DNA of 64,000 nt, taken from contig CBFFRQ010000038.1 of the NCBI GenBank assembly GCA_965644315.1, forward strand, positions 248,001-312,000, in the 5' to 3' direction. A program made the translations under genes and the position numbers. The DNA comes from Caecitellus pseudoparvulus. Its lineage: Eukaryota > Protista > Bigyra: Bicosoecida. How positions within the stretch are numbered: position 1 is the first letter of the stretch; each line of letters begins with the position of its first letter. This document shows, piece by piece, positions 54,269-64,000 of the stretch. The notes under the pieces were generated by a model. That model saw only the letters and a list, made by a program, of their open reading frames with translations, searched no databases and had not been told where the DNA came from.

Positions 54269-57200
54269 ATGGCTGCCGCTGCGAGTGGGCCCGCGCAGCT
54301 GCGCGTGACTGAAGTGTCCATTGCAGGGAGGTTGCGTCCGAAGCTGTCCAGCGACGATGCCGGCAGCTCAGCGGTGCAGGTGCAGGCCGATGCCAACACC
54401 ATCTCGGTGAAGGTGCCAGTGGGCGGCAAGCACCGCAAGTTGAAGCGCTTCGTGTTGGACGTGGCCTTCCCCGCGGAGTGCGTGGCCTCGGCACCGCACG
54501 CTGTACTGAGCTGCGCCACTGCTCCACGCCGCCCTGCGCAGCGTCACACAAGCACAAGTGTACAGGGCAGTGTGTGGGCGCAAGGTGTCTGAGCTGTTGG
54601 GTGGGATAAATGGCCTGGTCATGGCGTACGGGCAGACTGGTGCAGGTGCGTGGGCCGCCGTGTGCAGAGGGCTGCGCAGCGGGCACTGCTGTGTCTAACC
54701 GCTGCCGGCGCAGGGAAGACCTTTACGACGTTTGGGCCGGACATTGACAGTGCAAAGGTGACGGCCACCGATGCATCTCAGTTGGGGCTGATTCCCCGCG
54801 CGATGCACGAGCTGTTCGAGGCGGTGGCCGCCGCATCTGCAGCTCGAGAAGGCGATAACGTTTCGCGTGCGTTTCGTGTGTCGGTCTGCTACTGTCAAGT
54901 GTACATGGGCAAGGTGTACGACCTGCTGCACACATTTGCTGGCCACGGCGGCAGTGTAGAAGGGCATGGACGTGAGAGAGAGGCCACGCCTCCTCACTTG
55001 TCTGTGCGTGAGGGGGAGGGTGGCGTGCCGTTGGTGCAGGGGCTGACGCAGCACATAACAACCGACGTGCACACGATCCTGGCGCTGCTGGAGCATGGGG
55101 CGCGGTACAAGCGCGTGGATGCGACGGCCCTGAACCGCGCCTCGTCCAGAGGCCACACGCTCTTCCAAGTGCAGCTGGAGCAGCGCGTGACCTCCAAGAC
55201 CAGCGGCACAGCCAGCGTCAGCGCAACGTACTTGACGTTTGTGGATCTGGCAGGCAGCGAGCGTGTGAGCAAGACTGGCGCCTCAGGGCAGGCGCTCAAG
55301 GAAGCCAATGACATAAACTCCTCCCTGTCCGCGTTGGGCAGCGCTGTGAGCGCTCTATCTGCAGCCACCGCTTCCGCCGTCGGACGGGTGGATCTGCGCA
55401 GCGGAGGAGGGGGTGGCCCAGGAGGCGACCCCCCCTCCGCGGCACCCGTCACGGGGCACATCCGCTGGCGCGACTCCAAGTTGACTCGGCTCCTGCACAC
55501 GACCCTGTGTGGGAGGTGTCTGTCGGGGGAGGTGGCCCGTGGGGGGGCCATATCCACCACCCCCACCTCCTCTCTCTCCCTCGTACTGACCCTTGCACCC
55601 GGCCGTGCCCACGCCAGCGAGTCAGCCTCCACGCTCATGTTCGGGGCCCGGGCCAGAGGGCTGGCCACGCCGGAGGTGGAGTTGGTGGGCAGTGGATCAG
55701 GGGGGGGGGCGTGGAGGGGGGTCCTCCTGGACACCGCCCCCGGCCCAGGCGTGGTGAACGCGGCAGGCGGCAGTGCAGCCTCTGGCGTGTCGGCCCGCCT
55801 GGTGACGCAGCTGCAGAGTCAGCTGGATGAGCTGCGTGACGCGCACCGGACCGCTATGGCTGTCGCAGCGCAGGAGAAAGAAACGCTCATGGCTGATGCG
55901 TTGGCCAGTGCGTCGCGGGCGGAGGCCGCTGAGGGCAGGGCTGCAGCGGCAGCGGCTGCGGCAGAGGAGGCGCGAGCTGCAGCGGCAGCAGCAGAGGAAC
56001 GGGCGGAGGTGGCTGAGGCAGCTTTGCGCGACCTTCAATCGCGCTTGGCCCCTGACACCGCCTCTCCTCCACGCAAGTCAGCCTCCCCGCCCGCCCCTCA
56101 GGCAGCAGTGCACCGAGCGGAGCAGGCAGAAGCGGAAGTTGCGTCATTGCAGGCGCGTGTCAGGCGCTTGGAGGAGACGGTGACGACCCTGGCAGATTTG
56201 CGCAGTGAGGGGGTGGGGGAGGTGTCAGCCGTGTTCGAGCCGCCGCCGCCCCACCGCCATGGGGGTGCCAGCTTGCCACGCACGCCCTCCAGGAGCCGAG
56301 CGGGGAGTGACGCGGAACAGTACACCGTGTTCCGATCTCCCACGGGGTGGATGTTCCCTGCAGGCAAGTCCCCGCTGCCCCGGCACCCCCCTCCTGCTGT
56401 CCGGGAGGGGCCCTCGCACCCCCACCGGTCTCACCGGGACTCCACCACAGACCTCTCGCACGCCCCCTCCTCTTCCCTCGTGGCTGCGCTGACGGCAGAG
56501 GTGGCCCAACTGCGCAGTGCGCTGGCGGCGGCCCACCCCCCTGCACCCCCCTCAGACCCCCGTCTCCCCCCTCCCTCCTCACGCCTCTCAGCACTGCAGG
56601 CCTTGGCAGCTTCCACAGGGGAGGTTGGGGGGTGGGCCCACCCCCTCCCGGCATGTCGCACCGCCCCCCCCAGCACGGCAAGGCACGCAGGGCCTCCACA
56701 CCCCTGGGCCGTGATGCGTTTCACCCTCGTGCGTTGCCAGGCACAGCGTCCCCAGCCACCGCCGACAGTGTAACCGTGGGAGCAGTTGCCGTGTCAGAAG
56801 CGACGACGGCCCAAGCTGCCCTGCAGCCGTGGCAACAAGCAGGGGATGCGGGCCTGCCGGGCAAGGCCTACAAACAAGAGCGGCCACGACCTAAGGTCGC
56901 AGCCCTGCCACCCACTGCAGGCGGTGCTGGGCGTGCTGCTGCAGCGAGCAGCGTTTCTGTGGATGACAGCTGCGGTGACCCGCACCACGCCCCCACCGCG
57001 CACCCCAGCGCAGCCCCCGTACCGACTCCAGTGACTCAGCCTGGCACAGCAGTGACTCAGCCTGGCACGGCAGTGACTCAGCCTGGCCCTGGCATGTCTG
57101 TGCATCCCACTGTGCCTGCACGGGCACCCTCCCCCGCTGCCTCCTCCTCCTCCGACAGCATTGAGTCACCAGGTCTGCACCCAGCTGCAGCGCCGGGACG

Positions 57201-58152
57201 GCAACGCAGCATCAGCGTTGACTCCAAGTTGCCTACTCCATCCCCGCAACGCAGGGGCAGTTGGCGGGGTGCACGCCAAGTGCCGGACGACGACGCCACG
57301 CCGCCTGCCGCTGTGAAACGCACCAGCTCTGGGCGCAGGCGCCACAGTGTGGGCAGCGCAAACAAGCGAAGCACAGGCGCGCAAGGGAGCCGCCTGGAGG
57401 TGGGGGCGTCCACTGCCCCTCGACCACCCAAGGTGGGGGCCGCTGTGCCCCCCCCCAAGGCCCCCTCCAAGGCCCCCTCCAAGGCCCCGCCCAAGGCACT
57501 CCTACCCGCGGCACGCGCGAGCCCTGCGGCAACAACAGGGCTGACTCCCCGCCCACCCCCACCGCCCGGCACTGCGTCCAAGACCAGTCAGCCGAAGGCC
57601 GTGCCCCCCCCCCGCGCCACCCCTTCCAGCCCCCCCCAGACTCAGGGGGCCGTCTGCAGTGTGGCCGCACCAGGGTCACAGCGAGTGGTGCGTAGGGAGC
57701 GACAGGCCGAGCCGTCCAAGGCAGAGGCCTTGTCTGTGTCGGCCACTGGAGCGTTGAGCTCGGGCAGCTCGGCGCGGCGTCTGCTTCCGCCCGGCGTGTC
57801 AGGGGATGAGGGCATGTCCAGTCGGGCTGCATCTGATGCGGAGGTGATGTCGCCGTGGTCCGGCGGAGGCAAGCGTGGCAGCGCGGTGCTTCGGCGTGTG
57901 GACGTCGCCGGCGCCAGCAAGGGGGGTTCCGGCCCCTCAGAGGGGGGGGTGTCCGATGACCCCCTCGCTGCCCTGGGTCTGGCGGACGTGGAGGTGGCTT
58001 TTGGCAGCGAGAGCGAAGCACCGCCCGTGCGAGTAGCAGTGCCGCCTGCCGCCCCACCTTCCCTGGCCGCTCGTCGGCGGGCCAGCGGCAGCAGTGCCGC
58101 CAGCCGTGAACTGCCAGCAACGCTGGGAGGCGGGTTCGGCGCAAACGCGTGA
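54269..58152 (+). CDS. Kinesin motor protein with coiled coil and disordered tail (apparent frameshift near 56630)
   Basis: RLRP, AYGQTGAGKT (spliced), NRASSRGH, VDLAGSER, INSSLSALG, HIRWRDSKLTRLL, STLMFG.RA. Two 5' introns. Confidence 0.85.
57029..57087 (+). repeat. 21-bp coding repeat x3 (VTQPGTA)
   Basis: cagtgactcagcctggc occurs three times with period 21. Confidence 0.9.
57457..57497 (+). repeat. 12-bp coding repeat (KAP[SP]) x3
   Basis: aaggccccctcc units. Confidence 0.8.
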
Positions 58153-58360
58153 GGCGCTGGAGCAGGGGCGGCTGCCCTGCAATTCAAAGTGCACAGCCAC
58201 ACATCATAGAAGGTAGTGTCAAGCTTGCGTTTATCTGCTCGGTAGATTTCCACGCGCATCCCTCGCCACTGGCCCGTGTGTTTGGAGCAGAGGCAAGCGG
58301 CGAGAGCCAGCCAGCAGCACCTGAGCGCTTGGCAGCGCCACGAGCGACAGAAGGCTCACC

Positions 58361-61138
58361 ATGCCGAGCAGGGCCGTGAAAGTCGCCATTCGCACACGCC
58401 CCACGGCGGTGTTTGCCGCTGAGAACATCTCCATTCCCTCCGATGGCAAGGTGGGTGCCAAGTGCGGTATTTGCAACCCCGCGCGATGACAGCTCGGCAC
58501 GCATGCCTTGCTCCCGCCTCCAGAGCATCAACGTGCAGCTGCAGGCGTCTGAGGCAGCTGTGAGCAACAAGCAAGAGCAGTGGGGGTTTAAGTTCAACTC
58601 TGTCCTGCACAACACAGGTGCGGCAGGGCGTTGCGGCGTGCCCGGCGCACTGGCCTTCACGCCTGGCCACCCCCTCCCCACACAGACCAGGAGCAGGTGT
58701 ACGAGAGCCTGGCACAGCCCATCGTGAGGGAGTTCATGGCCGGCACAAACGGCTGCATCATGGCGTATGGTCAGACTGGCGCTGGGAAGACCTTTACCAT
58801 GCTGGGCGACACGTCCACGTTCGTGAACCGTGGCGTGGCTCCCCGAGCCATCGGGCAGGTGTTTGCAGACATTGACAGCAAGCCCGAGACAGACTTCACC
58901 GTGCACTGCAGCTACCTGGAGATCTACAATGAGCGCATTTATGACTTGCTGCTGCCGCCAGGCTCCGCCCCCGCTGGTGACTACGCGCTCGTGGAGGACA
59001 GCTCAGGTGCAGTGCACGTGCGCGGTCTAACGCAGCAGGAGGTGGCGAGCGAAGAGGAGGCGCTGCACGCGCTGTTCGTGGGGGAGGCCAACCGCACGAC
59101 AGCGCAGCACTTGCTGAACCAGCACTCCAACCGTTCCCATTGCATTTTCACGCTGCACCTGTCACAGCGCAGTCGGCTGGGGGCTGGCGAGCGCACCCTC
59201 ACCTCCAAGCTGTACTTGGTGGACTTGGCGGGGTCGGAGCGGCTGAAGAAGACCATGGCGGCACGTGGGCCCATCGACTCCGCCTCCACCGCCGCTGACG
59301 CGTTGAGCCGGGAGAGCATGCACATCAACAGGTCCCTTTCATACCTGGAGCAGTGTGTCGTGGCACTCACCTCCCGGTCACGGCGCCATGTGCCGTACCG
59401 CCAAACGCGCCTCACCAACGTGCTGAAGGATGCGCTGGGTGGCAATTGTGCCACCGTTCTCATCGCCTGCATCTGGGGCGAGGCGGGGCAGCTGGAAGAA
59501 ACGCTCAGCACGCTGAAGCTGGCAGCACGCATGGCACATGTGAAGGGTCACACCGTAGCAAACGCCAGCACGGACCCAGCACTCCTGGCACGGCGGTATG
59601 AAAAGCAAATCGCCGAGCTGCAGCAGGAGCTGCTCATGCACGACGCGCTGTCTGACCGCGGGCGGGTGGTGTATGGCGAGTACACGCCGGAGCAGCAGGC
59701 GGAAGTAGCCGCCCAATTCCGCGCTTTCGTGGACGCTGGGAGTCGAGAGGCGGAGGAAGCCGCGCTGCCCCTGCAGTCTGTGCGACAGATGCGAGAGGTT
59801 CTGCAGCAAGCCAAGATCCTCGTGAAGCGGCTGGAGAGTGCGCTGTCGGACGGCGCCGCGTCAGCTGCGGCTGCTGCTGCGTTGGGCGGCAGTGACTCGG
59901 CGGGTGGCCGTGCACCCTCCGCTCTCAGCGCGGCATCGGGTGGGGATGGGGAGGGTGCCATGGGCGGCGCCCCCACCCTGGACATGCAGGGCATGGTGGG
60001 GGAGCTGTCTGCTTCAGGTGGGCATGGTGTGGGCTTGGCGCTGGCAGACAGCCGTCCTGAAGTGCTGGCTGCTTCAAAGGCTGTGGCCGCGGCACGGGGC
60101 GGTGGGTCACTCCTGGCCACATCCCCGGCCACGACGCCCCGCGCACGGGGGAGCGGCGGCGCCCACGCTGCAGAGGGCAAGAGTGGGGACGCTGAGGGCA
60201 AGTGGGGGGAGGGGGGTGAAGGGGGGGTGCAGCCCCCCTCGCCCGACCTCACTGACCGTCACAGCGCCTGGGAGTGGTTTAGGTCACCCCAAGGTGTCGG
60301 CTACGCAGCTGCGCGGGAAGTGGAGGAGGCCAGGACTGCCCTGCGCAGCGCCAAGGCGGCCTACCGCGCACACGCCAAGGACGTGAACGCTTGCAAAGCG
60401 GAAATTGACGCCGCCCAGGCCGGCCTGGCGCAGAAGGCCTCTCAGGGGCAGGGACATGCCCCCCTCGCCTCTGCTGGCGGCGAGGACATCTTGGATGAAG
60501 AGGAATTTGCCCTGCGGTCTCAGCTGGCCGAAGCCAAACGTGGGTACAAGGCTGCCTTTGGCCAGATGACCACTGCCAAGACTGCCATGCGCAGCGCGGA
60601 GGCGGAGTTGGAGTCCTCCCGTGAGGCGCTGGTGCGTGGGTTCGAGTCATGGTACAGCGGGCAGGGCGGCGTGGGCAGTGCACAGGGCTCCCCTCTGCGC
60701 CTGGCAGGCTCCTCCACGCTGTCTGTGTCTCCGCTGCCGGGTGCAGGGGACAGCCTGTCATCCACCTGGAGCTCGCCACAGCGCCTGGGGCGAGGGGGGC
60801 GGTCCCGCACGGGGAGCAGGGGGCGCTCTGCCGCCTACTCCTCGCGGCAGGGCCAGGATACCTCCGCCGCCGTCTCGGCTGCAGCGGCAACTGCTGCTGC
60901 GTTGCTGGGCGCGACGGGAGGGGGGGGTCGCCGTGGGGCGGCAGGGGGAGTGCGGGACGAGAAGGGTGACCTGCTGGACGACGGCGAGGCGTTTGAGCGC
61001 ATGGAGTTCGAGCGAGTGGTGGGAGACGACCCTGGCTCTGTCGCGTACTTTGCGGCGCAGAAGCGCCTGCACGACACGCTCAAGGGCACGCGAGTAGCCT
61101 CCTCACGCCGCAACGCAGCCAAGCGGCACCTGGCGTGA
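58361..61138 (+). CDS. Kinesin-9 family (KIF9/KIF6/KLP1-like) ciliary kinesin, 3 exons
   Basis: VKVAIRTRPT, V.NKQE.W.FKF..VL, AYGQTGAGKTFTM, RSHCIFT, DLAGSER, INRSLSYLEQCVVAL, LQQELLMHDAL..R..V.Y, DEEEF.L...L...K..Y. Confidence 0.9.
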
Positions 61139-61322
61139 GGGGAGTCACAGCCGTCACAGCGGAGAAGGCCCTGCAAATGTAAACCCTCAGACATTTCACA
61201 GGGGCTTGGTCTCCACTTCCAGTGCGCTGGGGAGGGGCGTGTGCAACTCTCTCTGGCGTGCTGGAGCGGTGCAACCAATTTCCGCAGGGCACTCCTCTGA
61301 CTTGACTTTCACCGTGGGAGCC

Positions 61323-62693
61323 ATGGCGTACTTTGCCTGCAGTCCCATGCCAGCCATGCAGAAGCATCTTCGAGAGGCCTTTGGCGTGGACCAGGGCCTG
61401 CAGCTGTCCACTCCCCGTGACCGGCGGTGTCTGTTTGCATGGGCTCCGTTCAACAGGCTGAAGCGGTCTGGCGCACTGCACCGCAGCCTGCAAGGCTCAC
61501 TCATCGCGTCATCCTACCTCGTGCACACGACTCTAGTGCACAAAGACCGCCTCCAGGCGGCCCTGGCGCAGCTGCAGTCGCCTGCTGGCCTCGCCACCGT
61601 CCTACTGCCTCCCAGCACCACGCCGGCAGCGAGCAGCACGGGGGGGTCAGACCACCACGACGCAGCTCACGCAGCGTGGGCAGAGCTGGCCAAGCAGCTG
61701 GGGGCCCCGCCCTCCTCGGCCATTCTGAAGCACTCCCGCACCAACAACGCCTTCAACGTCTCCGTGGTGACTTCTCCCGAACAGCTTGCGACCGCGCTGG
61801 AAGGCGCTGATTCTGAGCCAAGTGGTTGCTGGCTGCTGCAGCAGTACGCACCCCGACCCCTCCTCGCGGATGGCTGCAAATGGACCGCCCGCGTCAACGT
61901 CTTGTGCGTTGGCCGGCTCGTTGTGTGTGTGCACGAGGCGGTGGTGGTGCACGTTGCCGGCGTGGCGTGGGACGAGTCAACCACGTCTGCAGCGCAGCAC
62001 ATCACGAACCACTCCCTCCAAAGCACGATGCCTGGATACTCTAGACAACGTCAGACCAAGTTACTTTCTGAACTTGTGGAGGGCCGCAGCGTGAAAGTGC
62101 GCGGCAAGCCGCTTGCGCTGGACTCTGCCATGCGCGGCGTCGCAAGTGCAGTGCAGGACGTCTGGGCAGCTGCCTGCCTACCAGGTGGCGCCAAGGGCTT
62201 CATGCCCCAAAAGGGCGCCTTTGAAGTGTTTGGCGTGGACCTCCTTCCCTGCCTTAGCGAGGGGGAGGAGGGCGTGCGGTGGTGCGTTTTGGAAGTGAAC
62301 GAAGGTCCTGCGCTGGAAGCCCTGGCCCTGCCCAGCCTCAACCGCAGCATTGTGCAGGACACAGTGCAGCTGCTGACTTCCATCCAACCTGTGAGCGAAC
62401 CAGGTGGGGCGTCTTCCACAGCGCCCGCAGCGCACAGTGATGCAACTCATGTGCAGTGGGGTGCTGGGTGCATCCCCCGCAGCAGCTGGCACATTGTGCT
62501 GCACGCGCACAGTCCACTCACCGCCGCTACCCCCCTCGCCCTGCTGGGAGATGCGCTCCTGTCCCCTGAACTGTACGCATACATGCAGGCCATGCGAGCC
62601 GAGGCTGCCGCTGAGGCTGACGAGGCAGATGGCGTCGAAGCTCTGCCAGCTGCTTCGGGGGGCAGTGGAGAGGGGGTGAGACCCAGCCTGTGA
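61323..62693 (+). CDS. Tubulin-tyrosine ligase family ATP-grasp enzyme (TTL/TTLL/Pby1-like)
   Basis: LVHKDRL, WLLQQY..RPLL, HITNHSLQ, FEVFGVDLL, LEVNEGP. Confidence 0.8.
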   Translation: MAYFACSPMPAMQKHLREAFGVDQGLQLSTPRDRRCLFAWAPFNRLKRSGALHRSLQGSLIASSYLVHTTLVHKDRLQAALAQLQSPAGLATVLLPPSTTPAASSTGGSDHHDAAHAAWAELAKQLGAPPSSAILKHSRTNNAFNVSVVTSPEQLATALEGADSEPSGCWLLQQYAPRPLLADGCKWTARVNVLCVGRLVVCVHEAVVVHVAGVAWDESTTSAAQHITNHSLQSTMPGYSRQRQTKLLSELVEGRSVKVRGKPLALDSAMRGVASAVQDVWAAACLPGGAKGFMPQKGAFEVFGVDLLPCLSEGEEGVRWCVLEVNEGPALEALALPSLNRSIVQDTVQLLTSIQPVSEPGGASSTAPAAHSDATHVQWGAGCIPRSSWHIVLHAHSPLTAATPLALLGDALLSPELYAYMQAMRAEAAAEADEADGVEALPAASGGSGEGVRPSL

Positions 62694-62830
62694 ACACCTG
62701 GGACTTCCTACATTACAATTTAAAATTCACCCTCGACTGTTGCTCCTTGCAGTGCGCTGCCTAGGGGGCGGTCATTGGCGCCTTGCGCTGGCACATTGCC
62801 CTGCCTGCAAAGCCAGCCATCTCGTGCAGC

Positions 62831-64000
62831 ATGCCACGGCGAGGTGGGCCGAAGCGCGCGCGCAGCGACCTTGACTCGGGCGACTCCAGTGACAGTGATG
62901 CGGGCGGGCAGGTTCAGGTCAAGGTGGCCCGCGCAGGGACGGCTGCAGCAGGTGCCGGCGAGGCAACGGCAGACACCGGAGCTGCCCGTGCCGCCAGCTT
63001 TGCAGCCATGAATCGAGCTGGGGAGGAGGAGGCAGTGGCAGGAACGTTGCTCAGTGTTGAGCTGTGGAATTTCATGGTGCACGTGCACTTCAAGCTGGAC
63101 CTGCACAAGCACGCGAACTTCGTCGTGGGGCTCAATGGCTCTGGTGGGTGTGCGATGCCGAATTCCGCACCTGCGCCGAGCATGTTTGAAGGTGGTTTCT
63201 CCGGCTGGCAGCGCAGTGCCGCGGCAGACTTTCCCCTGATTCTATCCACTATAGTAGTCAAACAGCTCTGTGCACCGCTTTATTCACGGGAATGCTTCAC
63301 CTCCGTGCTGCACAGGCAAGTCATCCGTGATGGGCGCGGTGATGGTGGCCCTGGGCAGCAAGCCTGCGAGGGTGCGCGACGGGGTGTCGAACCGGGGCCA
63401 GTTCGTCCGCAACACGTGCACACTTGGTCAGGTGGAGGTGGTGCTGGACAACTCCGGTGCGTGACGGCTCCTTGCGGCCACTGCTCGCGGCGCATCTCGC
63501 CCCGTTGCACAGAGCTCCTTCCTCACACCCCCTGCTCGCAGGCAAGGACGCCTTCAAGCCAGAGTGCTTTGGCCCGCGCATCATTGTGAGGCGAACCATT
63601 TACAAGTGCGTGGCGCGGGAGCCCGCTGCGTGCCTGCTGGCTTGCGTGACCCACCCACCCTGACCTTGCACTGCACAGATCTGGGCGGGAGGAGCTGCGT
63701 ATGAGCAGCCAGGGCGCTGTGAACGGCGCGCAGTACGTGGACAAGGCCCCCAGGCGCACCCTGCCTGCCATGTTGGCCCACTTCAACATCAACATCGAGT
63801 CCCCAGCCGTGTCCATGACGCAAGATGACATGAAGATGAAGCTGGGCTCCAGCGACCCCCGCAAGCTGTTCGAGCTGTTCATGCGTGTGTCTGGGCTGGA
63901 CGCCAGCTGGCGGAAGATGTGCGACTCGCAGGCCAGCCTCGAGAGCGCCACAAAGTCGTTCGCTGCGTGTGAGATCAAGTTGAAGAAGGCAGAGGCCGAG
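62831..64000 (+). CDS. SMC6: Structural maintenance of chromosomes protein 6, 5' part (3' truncated)
   Basis: VELWNFMVH..NFVVGLNGS|GKSS (Walker A split by an intron), VLDN|GKDAFKPE.FG..IIVRRTI, HFNINIESP..MTQD (Q-loop). Confidence 0.88.

Overview
This is eukaryotic nuclear DNA, GC-rich and very gene-dense, with about 28 protein-coding genes in 64 kb. I placed about 49 short GT-AG introns by hand (mostly 60-120 nt); more than half have a GTGCG donor and most of the rest GTGAG. Ciliary genes (SHIPPO-repeat protein, TSNAXIP1, kinesin-9) indicate a flagellated protist. A stramenopile-like heterotrophic flagellate is only a guess. Recognisable genes: Ser/Thr kinase, TMEM104-like amino-acid transporter, StrG-like 2OG-Fe(II) oxygenase, permuted papain-like amidase, CUE-domain protein, cytochrome b5, TMC channel, LSM8, Zn(II)2Cys6 factor, prolidase, X-family DNA polymerase, JmjC demethylase, SFSWAP, D-serine dehydratase/D-threonine aldolase, two kinesins, a TTL-family ligase and SMC6 (partial). 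I saw no rRNA, tRNA, CRISPR array or transposon. The most notable signals appear only after manual splicing or motif reading: a secreted cystatin/cathelin-like protein with a cationic tail, an intron-split GAL4-type zinc cluster, a 125-bp frameshifting duplication removable as a new intron, a divergent PolX, and very short same-strand spacers. All homology calls come from motif recognition, not database searches.
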